A stretch of DNA of 64,000 nucleotides, from assembly GCA_002189035.1 (NCBI GenBank), contig NEEC01000004.1, forward strand, positions 4,092,001 through 4,156,000, read 5' to 3'. Position 1 is the stretch's first letter. Every line of letters starts with the position of its first letter. Below, in pieces: positions 12,556-24,852 of the stretch. Source of the stretch: Utricularia gibba (Eukaryota; Plantae; Magnoliophyta). Below the pieces are notes generated by a model. It did not search any database, was not told the origin of the DNA, and worked only from the letters and a program-made list of their open reading frames with translations. The position numbers and the translations under genes are program-made.

Positions 12556-14066
12556 CTAAATCCACTGTATACCTTTCGTCTTCTTGCTATGATATGATAG
12601 CTCCTGGATTTCAATGCCGTACGATGCCTTCAACTGAACCCATTCAGGATACACATCCTAGGGGCGGTCATGGACCTTGGCTTTGATGACAACTAAATTC
12701 CGCAGCCGGGACGTCGAGATGGCACAAAAAAATCTCACCAGCAGCAGGTGATCCGGAGTGAATTTCATTCCGGATATCCTCACGTGGGTCAAGTGTTTCA
12801 ACCTGGGTGGAGAATTAATGGCCTTCATCACACGGTCTTCATCCCTTTTCCTGTAACGCGGATGCCCACTCCAAATGCGCGATGGGCCTTCTTCAAACTA
12901 TTAAATGACAACATCAAGCAATCGATGTTAGACTCTCTGCCATAACCAGGTTTCATCAGAAAATTCCTCACTCACATCCATTAAGACTCTCTGTATCATC
13001 GGGCATCGCAGAGTAAAGATGAGGAAGGGGGCGTGGCCGGAGTGAATGTCACATTCCAGAGGAACATGCAAATGAAATTCCTTCACATTCCAAAAGTAGT
13101 AGTCTTGGATCCCGAATCTCAGATCCTCTACAAACGCCTGCGAGTGGAGCAAAACAGGAGGTTATAAAGCGTTTGTCGTCGTTAACACAGAATCCTAGAG
13201 ATAGGAATTGCATACCCCAGTTGTGCGAAAGGGTAAGCCCAGCACATATTTCGTGGCAGCGAAGATTCCGAGATCATGTACCAGGGTATGGCGATGCATG
13301 ATGCAGTAACGAAGTGTGTCACCGTCGCACACCGACGACTCATGTAGGAGAAGAGTGGCATCCACATCATGGGAGAAGTGAAGCCGCTTCACAGAAGGAG
13401 CAATCACACCGACGGCGAAATACCAAAAACTACATTGGTCAAAAACTATTTCCGTCAATCCTTGCAAACCTTCTCCATGAAAATAAAGAGAATCTACAAC
13501 GTGACACCATCTGAGGTTCAGAACTCGTAATGACTTGCAACTGCGAAAAATTTGGTCGGCCAAATCCTATACCAAGTGAATGCACTCGAGCTTCAGCTCC
13601 TGCAAATTCACAAGTGGGTTGGGGTAGATCCTCGACAGCACAGGGATGCAGTTCGTCAAAGATAGGCTTCTCAATTTATTCGAAACGGGGATGATTCCAA
13701 GATGAAGGGAGATGGACTCCTTCGACGGATGCAAGTCCAGACAAATTTCTTCGAAACCAATGATGGCAACTCTTGCACCCAGGAATGAACAAGCTCCTCA
13801 CTCCCTGCTGCATCTAAACACAGTTCGAACCTATTAGCACCAACCCCAAAATGACTGAAGATAATATCATTGGTGATCTTCTCCATCAACTCGTCATTGC
13901 GAAGCCTTGAGCGGAAGGCGTCATCCAAGGAAACATCACGACAGAACTTGAAAGCATCCCCAAATCTCTTTGAAAACTTGGAGATTGCGTAGACCTTGGT
14001 TACCGGCAAAAGAGATAGAATTCTTCCGATAATATCGTCGGGCATGTCAATAATCTTGCCATCCAT
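12556..14066 (-). pseudogene. F-box/LRR/FBD protein copy 3, frameshift plus nonsense
   Basis: 1-bp deletion at about 13777 (HSWVARV > HSWVQEL; not a homopolymer) and TGG>TAG at 12658-12660 in exon 3. Confidence 0.88.
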
Positions 14067-14481
14067 TATCCCTAAACAGCAAAACTTGATTACTTCCCTG
14101 ATTCCTCTAGGCTTTGAGACAAACAATCAACTTTGCACATTTAGTATATCAAAATGTTTATTAATAGTATGAAATAGTATTAGATCAAATAATAACATAT
14201 TAATATATTAAAATATAATATTAAGGTATATAATAAATTACACATCATTAAAATTGATTAAATCTAATATTTTTTTAATTTAATTCACATTTCTTGTATA
14301 ATTAAATTCGCATGTACTCGTCTGATACATTGAATGCTTAATTTCAAAATGATATCATATAATTTTGCGTATGAGATATTTGGATGTTCAATATGAATTT
14401 CATATTAATCTGAGTTCTGAAAAAAAAAAAACAAACAAACAAATGCATTGTACTTAGACAAGAAATTAAATCAATGTATAA

Positions 14482-14542
14482 CAGTTGAACCCAAAACCAT
14501 AGTTAAACGGTTTAATGGGTTCAACCCGTTTTTAAAACACTG
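14482..14542. mobile_element. Truncated hAT-like MITE remnant specific to unit 3
   Basis: Ends in TTTTAAAACACTG (TIR-like); internal inverted repeat GTTGAACCCA/TGGGTTCAAC; absent at the homologous position in unit 2. Confidence 0.35.
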
Positions 14543-16386
14543 CCTACGATCACAAAAAATCACAAATTAAAACTGGATCAAAGATTACTTCCACTTGAGG
14601 AGGGGTATTAAAACAATAAATCTCATATCGAAATTTGAAATTAAAATAATTAAATATATATAAAAAAAATTATAAATAATTAATAATAAGTTGGATCTAA
14701 TCGTTTCACATGTGCTCGTCAAATACATTGGATTCTTAATTTCAACAAAAAAAATAAATTTATATTTATGATTTTAAAAATATATTTTAAAATAAAAACA
14801 TGTTCTATTGTAAAATAATTAACTATTCCGTAATAATGTACATTGACATGATTAAAAGTTATGAAATGATCAAATTATCATATATTTCAAAATAAGGTAA
14901 TTAATGTTACCATTAATTAATTTTTTTTTTTTAGAAAACAAGGTGCAGTTTGGACCCTACCGACCCCAATGACATTAGGCACTGAAAGTATATAAATAAT
15001 AGTTTACATAATATATTTGAACTCCCATCATTCAAAACCTTATAAATGAAAATTTACCGTAGAAATTAAATTAAAATGACACTATTAAAAAATGTTGAAA
15101 AATTAAATCGAATAAAATGATTCTATATTATTTTTTAGAATGAAAATATTCTAGAAAATGAAAATAAATGTGTGCATAATGAAAAATACGAATAAAAATA
15201 TATAATTTGTATTTATTTCAACACTCTTAAATCAAATAGGCCAATAACCAACCTTTAAATTGTATTTATTTCCTAATACGAGTAAAGCTCCTCGTTTGGT
15301 GTAACTAATACGGGGTGTGAGTATTCCCACATTCCCCTTGGGATATATTATATACTGAAAAATTAAATATTTAATTTTGAATTTAAATAAAATCAAAAAT
15401 AAAATACTAATAACGTTCTCAATTAACAAAATCAGATGCTTGCTTTGAAAGTACAGAATGCAATTCATTGACTTAATTTTTGAAAATATTAATAAAATAA
15501 AAATATATTTTAAAAATAAATGTAAAAAATTATGTTAATTTTGATTGCATCGACATAAACTCCCATATCAAATTTTCTAAAATATTATACTAATATATAA
15601 TCAAAATAAAAAATTTATATGTAATTGGTAGTCAATAATTTTGATTTTTCAATTATGAAATTTCTCGAATTTACAAATATTGGCCGCAGTTTCTAATATC
15701 CAAAATTATAAAATATAAATTCAATACTAAAAAAATATAAAAAACCATTATGGGTATCTTGATTGTCACTTCTCTAAATACATTCATAAAAATTCTTGTT
15801 TAGAATCCCTAATAATATTTTAAATTTTGATGAAATTTCATATATTTCTGTTTTTTTTTTTCAAAATTTCGATTTTTTTAATAATCTAAAATTTTCTGAA
15901 TTTCAAATATTGAACTAAGGATGTGGGATCCAATGCTGTATTAAACTTAAGGGTGATTATTAGGATTAATATAATCGAAATGATAACCAAATCAAACCAA
16001 ATTAAATCAATTCGACTTCGAATTAATCAAACAAATCGATTTTTTTTTCAAAAAAATTGTTTAACCAGAGATGATTATTAAGATTAACCTAACCGAATAA
16101 ATGTATCAGTTAATTACAAAAAATAAATTAAAAATAAAAATACAAAAAAATTATCGGATTATCTAAAAAAATTATTAATACAATAAATAATTGAATTAAC
16201 CAATAATCGATTTATATCACGCAGTTTTTTTATTTCGATTCAATTCTGTTTGGTGTAGTTTGGTTAATCAATTTTCTTGATTACTAACCGAATTTTCTCA
16301 ATGGTGGCATTGTGCAATAGAAATGAAACAATAGAAACCCACCTACTCAAATATATCCTTATGAATATGTATTGCAGTGTCAAAAG

Positions 16387-16800
16387 TCAAACCTTGTATT
16401 CACTAAAGAAACTTGACAAGAACCCAATCACACAGCACATTACCAAGAGTAGGGGCACAGCGATTCGTCGAAGTTCAAATCCTCCTGCGTTATCCAAATT
16501 CCTTGCATTTACGAGGGCATCCAGCAGTTCGATTCTCTCCGCCAGATCTGCGATCTCCTTCTGGAGACTTCTAGTGGATTCTGCGTGTGTCTTAGCGGTG
16601 ATACACCGTGAGAGTCTCTGGTTAACGTCCTCTACCTCCTGCTCCAGGCGTCCACATCTCCCATCCAGGTCCTGGGACTGTGGCTTCACATCTCCTGAGC
16701 GGGCGGAGAGACCACGTGCCGGTGATGAAGTATTGGAAAGTTTCTTAGACATTTTATGTACCATGAGACGTAGTGTGTCAATAGTATGGGGTGTGAGCAT
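16387..16800 (-). CDS. Chimeric ORF: F-box spacer island start fused to duplicated 3' half of the coiled-coil tail-anchored gene (137 aa, or 125 aa from ATG 16764)
   Basis: Open frame MLTPHTID|TLRLMVHKMSKKL...ELRRIAVPLLLVMCCVIGFLSSFFSEYKV*; colinear with the C-terminal part of 22447-23113; junction at about 16774-16781. Expression unproven. Confidence 0.5.
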   Translation of the reverse strand: MLTPHTIDTLRLMVHKMSKKLSNTSSPARGLSARSGDVKPQSQDLDGRCGRLEQEVEDVNQRLSRCITAKTHAESTRSLQKEIADLAERIELLDALVNARNLDNAGGFELRRIAVPLLLVMCCVIGFLSSFFSEYKV

Positions 16801-17204
16801 TCCACGTTTCACTTAGGGTATATTATATATTGAAAAAATTCAATATTTGATTTCGAATATCTAATATTAAAAACGTATTCAATTCAGAAAATCGGATGCT
16901 TGCTTTAAAATGAATAATATAATAAATTGACTTAATTTTTGAAAATGTTGAAAATAAAAATATATTTTTAAAATAAATTTAAAAAAACATGTTAGTTTTG
17001 ATTGCATCGACATGAATATCCATATCAAATTTTCTAAAATATTATACCAATATATAATTAAAATAAAAAATTTGTATGTAATTATGTCGTCAATAATTTT
17101 GATTTTTAGATCATGAAATTCTCTAAATTTAGAATATTGGCTGCAGGTTTTAAGATCCAAAGTTATAACATATAAATCCAATATTCAAAATAAAAACAAA
17201 TTAG

Positions 17205-18775
17205 ATGATAGAATGAGAAATTGGTAGATGCCACGTGGAAATAATTATAATAAGGTTACATAAATCAGCCAAATGATAGGATATCAAATTGGCTTTCACC
17301 TATGACAACCTATAACAGATGCACAGGCCTGCAGAAACTAGAACGAGGCAACGTCAGACCTCAAACCTTTCAATAGAATTTGAAAAGTAGCCCACTTGCA
17401 GAAATCCCAATGGATGGCGGTTACATTTAAGTCAAACTATATATGCGGCCACCATAATTGCCAAATTCATAAAAGTGCTAACATCCACATAAATCGGTCG
17501 AGAAAGTCTCTCCTATAAATAGGAGAATGTTTGAGGACCAATGGATCCGGCATTCTATGCAATCCTTGTAAACCTTTTAGTAGAAAAGCTGAGGGAAAGG
17601 TACTTTTCGTCTAAAGCAGCCGACTTATGAAAATATATGATTTGGAATAGAGATATTTCTTCTAGAATCTCATGAAAAAGATTGGAGATACCCTTAATTT
17701 GATTGGAAAAAATGAAAGTGGAAGCAAGAGAGAGGAGAGGACCGATAGTGAACAAGGAGGAGCAGTGAGCAAGGAAGATTGGAGGTTCTCCAATGAATGG
17801 CTTCGGTGGACTTCAGATCTACATTTCTCCACTAGATTTCCATCTAGAACTTTTATTTTCAGTAGATGTATGACTGCAAGCAACTGATGTACATTTTATT
17901 TCTATTTTCTGCACTTTCACTTCTATTGTTGAACTTGCTACTGTTACTTTCCACGTTTTCATGCTTTCTATTATGTTTCTGGTGCTTTGTTGTGAATAAA
18001 AAATCTCCTGTAGATTTTATTTCAACTTATGAACTTATTTATGTTTGATTTCTTCAGTCTTTAGTTCTTGAGTTTAAACCTATCAGTTCTCTAGAGTGAC
18101 ACAAACGTTAGATCCTGGTATAAAACCCAACCAAAATACCTTCACTTTATATTTTATATGCATCCCTATTATTTTATATGCTTCTTCACTATTACAACTT
18201 GTTCATTTCAGCTGTTGTTATTTTATATCTTACGTGCATGAGAGCAAACCTTCAGAAAACTCTCTTGTTTTCAGTAAATTGTGATCCACTTCAGGAAATT
18301 GCAGCTATTTCCTGTGGATTCGACGCTTGCTTATCATACTACATTAATTTTTGTGATTTTATAGTCGAATAGTTGGATTTATAAATTTCTTTTGATACGT
18401 TGTATGTGCTAGACCACGACATTTAGTAAACAAATTTAAACGTTCATCATTCATACCTGTCGAATAGAATAAAAAATAGTAATAGTAAAACAGAAAATGA
18501 AGTTGGGGGCAAGGCAATAGAGCTGAATCGTAAAGGTGTGAAGAAAGTGAGCTATTAAGGGATGAAGATGAAATCGAAGATTGCTTTCGAAATATGCAAA
18601 TGGAATTGGCAAATTGAAAGAAGGAAGAGGCTTGTCACTCACACCAAGGGCTCTTGACATCATTGGCTAGAGTAAGAATATATTCTTCAGGGACTGAATA
18701 TCAGGTGTGAACGAAGGAGATATTCAGTTAGCTAGATTCATGACCCATCTCGGATGTAAGAATGAGAAGGACACC
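17205..18775. mobile_element. LTR retrotransposon remnant (Ty3/Gypsy Athila-like LTR on + strand, followed by inverted internal-like fragment)
   Basis: Unique ~1.6 kb insertion. TGATAG start; palindromic TATA TCTCCTATAAATAGGAGA (17509-17526); U5-like CCTGTGGATTCGACGCTTG...AGTAAACA end near 18432. No intact TSD, PBS or ORF found. Confidence 0.45.
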
Positions 18776-18908
18776 TTCAAATGATAGCTCCTGGATTTCA
18801 ATGTATATATAATTTTAAATTCTTAATAAAACCTATATACAATTACCAAACCCTCCTTGTACTTCCTCGTCCAATCTTGTCCATAAATGTAATTCATGAC
18901 TAAATCCG

Positions 18909-20406
18909 CTATATCGCCTTAGTCTTACTGCTATGACATGATAGCTCCTGGATTTCAATGGCGGAGGACGCCTTCAAATGAACCCATTCAGGATACCCAT
19001 CCCAGGAGACGTCATGGGCTTTGGCTTTGATGACAACCAAACTCTGCAGCTGGGACGTCGACATGGCACAAAAAAATCTCACCAGCAGCAGGTGATCCGG
19101 AGTGATTTTCATTCCTGATATCCTCACGTGGGTCAAGTGTTTCAACCTGGCTGGATACCTCATAGCCGTGATCAGAAGATCTTCGTCCCTTTCCCTGTTA
19201 CTTTGTTGCCCACTCCATATGCGCGGTGGGCCTTCTTCAAACTGTCAAATGACAACATCAAGCAAGCAATGTTAGTCTCTCCGGTATAACCACATCGGAA
19301 AAGTACTCACTCCCAGCAATGGAGACTCTCTGGATCATCGGGCATCGGAGAGTAAAGATGAGGAAGGGGGCGTGGCCGGAGTGCATGCCGCATGCCAGAG
19401 GAACATGTAAATGAAATTCCTTCACATTCCAGAAGTAGTAGTCTTGGAACCCCAATCTTAGATACTCTACAAACGCCTGCGAGTGGAGGAAAACAAGAGG
19501 TTATAGCGCCTTCGTCGTCGTTAACACAGAATCCTGGAGACAGGAATTGCATACCCCAGTTGTGCGAAAAGGAAACCCCAGCACATATTTCGTAGCAGCG
19601 AAGATTCCGAGAACATGTACTAGGGAATGGCCATGCATGACACAATCACGAAGTGTGTCATCGTCGCTCACCGATGACTCATATAAGAGAAGGGTGGCAT
19701 CCACTTCATGGGAGAAGTGAAGCCGCTTCACAGAAGGAGCAATCACACCGACGGCGAAATACCAAAAACTACATTGGTCAAATACTATTTCCGTCAATCC
19801 CTGCAAACCTTCGCCGTGAAGGTAAAGAGATTGTATACCGTGACACCATCTGAGGTTCAGAACTCGTAATGACTTGCAACTGCGAAAAATTTGGTCGGCC
19901 AAATCCTGTACCAAGTGAAGGCACTCGAGCGTGAGCTCCTGCAAATTCACAAGTGGGTTGGGATAGATCCTCGGCAGCACAGGGATGCATTTCGTCAAAG
20001 ATAGTCTTCTCAATTTATTAGGAACGGGGATGATTCCAAGATGAAGGGGGATGGGCTCCTTCGACGGATGCAAGTCCAGACAAATTTCTTCGAAACCAAT
20101 GCTGGCAGCTCTTGCTACCCAGGAATGCACAAGATCTTGATTCCCAGCTGCATCGAAACACAGTTCGAACCTACGAGCACCAACACCAGAATGACTGAAG
20201 ATAATATCACTAGCGATCGTCTCCATCAACTCATCATTGCAAAGCCTTGAGCAGAAGGCTTCATCCAAGGAAACATCATGACAGAAATTGAAAGCATCCC
20301 CGAATCTCTTTGAAAACTTGGAGATTGCGTAAACCTTGGTTACTGGCAAAAGAGACAAAATTCTTCTGATAACATCATCAGGCATGTACATAATCTTGTG
20401 ATCCAT
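18909..20406 (-). pseudogene. F-box/LRR/FBD protein copy 4, exons open but intron-2 donor mutated GT>GG
   Basis: Exon 1 20406-19555, exon 2 19476-19315, exon 3 19241-18909. Expected donor at 19314 reads GGGAGT; the next GTGAGT (+4) shifts frame; intron retention gives a stop at 19258. Confidence 0.7.
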
Positions 20407-22446
20407 TATCCCTAGACAGAAAAACTTGATTATTTCCCCGATTCCTCTGAGACAAATAAACAACTTTACACGTTCAATATATCAAAATAAACTGAATACA
20501 ACAGCGCATGTATTATCAATATATCCTACTTAATATTATTAACCAAACACACCCTAAAGCTAAATATAAGGGTATTATAGCAAATAATATTCGAAATTAA
20601 TAAAATGAAATATATAAAAAATTATAAATCAATAATAATCGATTGAATATAATTTTTTAATGTTATATACTGGATTTTATGTGAACCCGTGTAACTCATT
20701 GTATCTTTAATTTCAAATAATATCAAATCATTTGTCTCGTGGCACATATTTGATCATCAAGATAAATTTTGTATTGATTTAAGTTTTAGTTAAAAAAACA
20801 TGAAAAAAGGAGATGTATTCTACTAAAGATAACAAATTAAATTAATCTATGATATAAAAATTAACTACAATCTGATATCATGATTTGAAATTGAAATATT
20901 CAATTATATAATAACTTGTAAATTGTTTGTAATCGATTTAATTTAATTTTTTTAATATGATTTATATTTTCTATATATTTGGGTTATTTATCTTAGGTAT
21001 CAGATTCTTAATTTTAATAAAAAAAAGAATTCATATTTTATAATTTTAAAAATATAAAATATATGTTCTATTTTAAAATAATTAATTATTTTGTAATAAT
21101 GTACATTGAAATGATTAAAACTTATGAAATGCTTAATTTTTTTAGAAACTTAGGTACAATTAGTACCGTACCAACCCCTAATGACTTTAGGCACTGATAA
21201 TATATAAATAATAGTTTTACATAATATATTTGAACTCCCATCCTTCAAAACCTTATAAATGAAAATTTAGCAAAGAAATTAAATTAAATGGTACTATTAA
21301 AAAAATGTTAAAATAATCACGAAAAATTCAAATAAAATGTTTCTATGTTATTTTTTAGCTTGAAAATATTCTACAAAAAGGAAAATAAATGTGTGCACAA
21401 TACCAACACTTTGAAATCAAATAATCTAATAACCAACCTTCACACTGTATTTATTTCTTGGTACGAGTAACGCCTATTCGCTTGGTGTCAATAGCAGGTG
21501 TGAGCATTTCAGGTTCACCTTAGGGTATATTATATACTGAAAAAATTTAATATTAAATTTTGAATTTAAATAAAATCGAATTCCAAATACTAGAAACATA
21601 TTCAATTCACATAATCGGATGCTTGCTTTGAAAGCACAAGACAATAAATTGATTTAATTTTTGAAAATATTGATAAAATAAAATTAAAATCATGTTAATT
21701 TTGATTGCACCTACCTGAACCCCAATATCATATTTCTAAAATATTATACCAATATATAATTAAAATAAAAAAATTTATACATAATTTGGTCGTCAATAAT
21801 TTTGACTTTTCGATCATGAATTTCGAATATTGGCCGCGGGTTCTACGGAATCCTCAATAATATTTTAAAATTTGATGAAATTTCATATTTCTGTTTTTTT
21901 TTTCGAAGTTTCTATTTTTGGGATCAAATTAATAATCTCAACCTAATTTCAAATATTGGACTAAAGATGTGGGATCCAATGTTATATTAAACTTAAGGGT
22001 GATTATTAGGATTAATATAATGGAATTGATAACCGAATCAAATCATATTAAATCAGGTCGGTTTCGAATTAATCAAGCGAATCGATTTTTTAAAAAAATT
22101 GTTTAACCAGAGGTTATTATTAAGACTAACCTAACCGAATAAATGTATAAGTTAATTACAAAAATTAATTTAAAAAATAAAAATACATAAAAGTTTTAGA
22201 ATTATCTTAAAAACAATTAATTTGATAAATAAAAAAAAATAACTAATAACCGATTTGTGTCATCAATTCAATTCGGTTTGATACGGTTTGGTTAATTGGC
22301 TTTCTCGATTTAAATGCTAATCAAACTCGATGTGTATAAAATCCTGAACGATGGCATTCTGCAATGGAAATGAACAAAAAATCGCAAGCAGAGAAACGAA
22401 TCCTAATCAAATATATCCTTCTGAATAGGTACTGCAATGTCAAAAG

Positions 22447-23487
22447 TCAAACCTTGTATTCACTAAAGAAATGTGATAAGAAACCAATCACACAGGACAT
22501 TACCAAGAGTAGGGGCACAACGATTCGTCGAAGTTCAAGTCGTCGTGGGTTATCCAAATTCCTTGCATAGTCGAGGCCATCTAACTGGTCGATTCTCCTC
22601 GTCAGATTTGCTATCTCCCTTTGGAGACTTGTAGTGGATGCTGCTTGTGTCCTGGGGCTGATACGCTGTGAGAGTCTCTGGTTAACGTCCTTTACCTCCT
22701 GCTCCAAGCGTTCACATCTCCCATCCAAGTCCTGGGACTGCGGCGTACATATCTTCTCCACATCTTCTAAGCGGGTGGAGAGACCATGTGCCAGGGATGA
22801 AGTATCGGAAAGTTTCTCAGACATTTCATTTACCCTGAGACGCAGTGTGCCAAGTTCAATTTCAAGGTGTTTGGGCACTTCAATCTTCAGATGACGGTTG
22901 AGGGAATCTACATTGTTACTCAACTGCTCAATCTGCTGGTTGCATTCGGTTATGTCGCTCCTTGATGCGTTGCAATGGAGGCGGAGACTTTTTTGTTCTT
23001 CTTTCAATGTTTCAAAAACCCGTTCTAGCTTCAGGATTCTGGCATATGAAACCAGCAAGCCAGCTTCCATCTCATATGGTATCAGATCATCAGTACATTC
23101 AAGGGATGGACTCCTGAAAATCAAAATATTGAGAAAAGAGAAATTCAACACCAAGAAAGACTCAAAAGAATGTTACCCGTCTGCTTCACACAGGTTCAAG
23201 GCCTTGGAACAGTAGTTCAGATATTTCTTCAACTCATCGAGTTTCGTAAGTGCAGTAAACACCCCTTCTTTCAAAAGACTGTTATTTTCACCCTTTAGAG
23301 TCACTTCTAGTTCTTCTGCAAAATGATTCAGAACATCAATCACAAGGCGCTTCTGTAGTAAAGCCTCTTCAAACTTCTCGATGGTCTCGCAGCATGATGC
23401 ATCCAATCTCAATAAGCGCCTGCCCTTCAAGAAATCCAATTCCTGGACGCAACACTCCAACTGGAGTGAGCCCATACGAGATGACAT
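22447..23487 (-). CDS. Unrecognised coiled-coil protein with C-terminal transmembrane anchor (~325 aa)
   Basis: Two exons (23487-23177, 23113-22447) joined in frame by a 63-bp GT-AG intron; heptad-rich helices; hydrophobic IVVPLLLVMSCVIGFLSHFF then SEYKV*. Start codon uncertain. Confidence 0.7.
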
Positions 23488-24852
23488 CCCCACCGTCCAA
23501 TCAAACCCAGAGCAAACAAGAGCGCAAAAACATGAATCAAGAATACCATCTCCAATTCAGCTAAAATCTTTATGGAAATAAAAACCCCCTCGTCGTCATC
23601 AGGAGAACGAAAAGGAACAAACAAACCAAGAATCAGAAACAACCGCACATCCATATTTATAGCATCACTCCAAATCGACATAACTAACAATAGATCAAGC
23701 AAGAAACAATACTCAGATTCAAGAAAAACGGAACAGCACCCTAAAGACACTGGGATTGCCGAGAAGTTTTGAGGCAGGAAGAGATGTTCACTCTTCAAAT
23801 TTTAGAAACGGGCGCTCATCGTAATCAACACACCGGTTTATGTAACTCGGTTCATTCTTCTCTTCAAATGTTGTAAAATCGAACTAAATTTATTACAAAG
23901 AATTTAGATTAAATCCTTTATAAATTTACGAAAAATATAATTTTAATTATTTTACTTATAAAAAAACAATTTCTTATTTTTAGTTATTGGTATTATTAAT
24001 CTTCATTTTTTAAGAAAATTATAAAAGTGATCTTTGTGTTTTAATGTTATCCTCACTGTAATAATTTGATATAAATAATTTATACTGTTTTAAATAATTG
24101 ACATTAGTAACATTTAATTGTTTAAAAATTAGATGAAATTAATTCTAAGTAACCATGTTTATTGTTTAATAATGATGATTAATTATATTTATTATTTAAA
24201 CAGAATTTCAGGGGTTAATTATATTCAATAAGTTTAATTTTGAAAACTAATTATACCCGGAATCTTTGGGGATCAATTTTTAATGAGGACGAAATATACA
24301 ATTTATGTTAAAAATGATGACAATTTTTGCTAAAATATCAAATACTGAATTTTAATATACAATTTTCTCATTCTTTTACATCAATTTTTATTTAAATTCA
24401 AATAAATTCAAGTTATTATTAAGATATATTATTTCACGCAAGATCATTTTTAACATACTTCAAATGAGTCCTTAGCATATAATTAGTAATTGTAAATTTT
24501 ATTAGGTATTTTTGCAAGAATAAAAACCTCATCAAAAATATATAAATTTTAAAAAGGAAATTAGGAAAACAGCCTTGTTGTTTTCCGCTCATGGGCGACA
24601 GTCCAGAAAGCCCAGTAGTTCTCTAACTGGGCTGGGCTTTGAGTCATTTACTTCATGCTTTCTGTTTCGTGGGCCGTAGCCCATTGGCGTGACATTTGTT
24701 TTATATTATAATATTGTTTTCTGAATGAATATGTGGATTTATTGTAATAAAAAAAGAGCATTTTGCATCTGAGTGGAGATTTAGCCGTCCGGCCCGGAGT
24801 CGGAGATCCAACCAGCGGAGCTTCTCTTCCACAACTCTCCGAATCTGCATAT

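Larger units (their letters stand above)
2205..22440 (-). repeat. Tandem segmental duplication array: four units of F-box gene + AT-rich spacer ending in the 3' flank of the neighbouring coiled-coil gene
   Basis: Homologous spacers at about 4180-6485, 10125-11915, 14075-16360 and 20415-22420 (partial copy 16782-17200) share ordered motifs, e.g. gggatccaatg..taagggtgat, ttggccgc.ggttct and ggcatt..gcaatggaaatgaa. Confidence 0.93.

Noticed and set aside
22447-22520. Orphan protein as a KASH/LINC component
   Set aside because: The tail is SEYKV, lacking the plant KASH terminal xxPT/PPPx motif.
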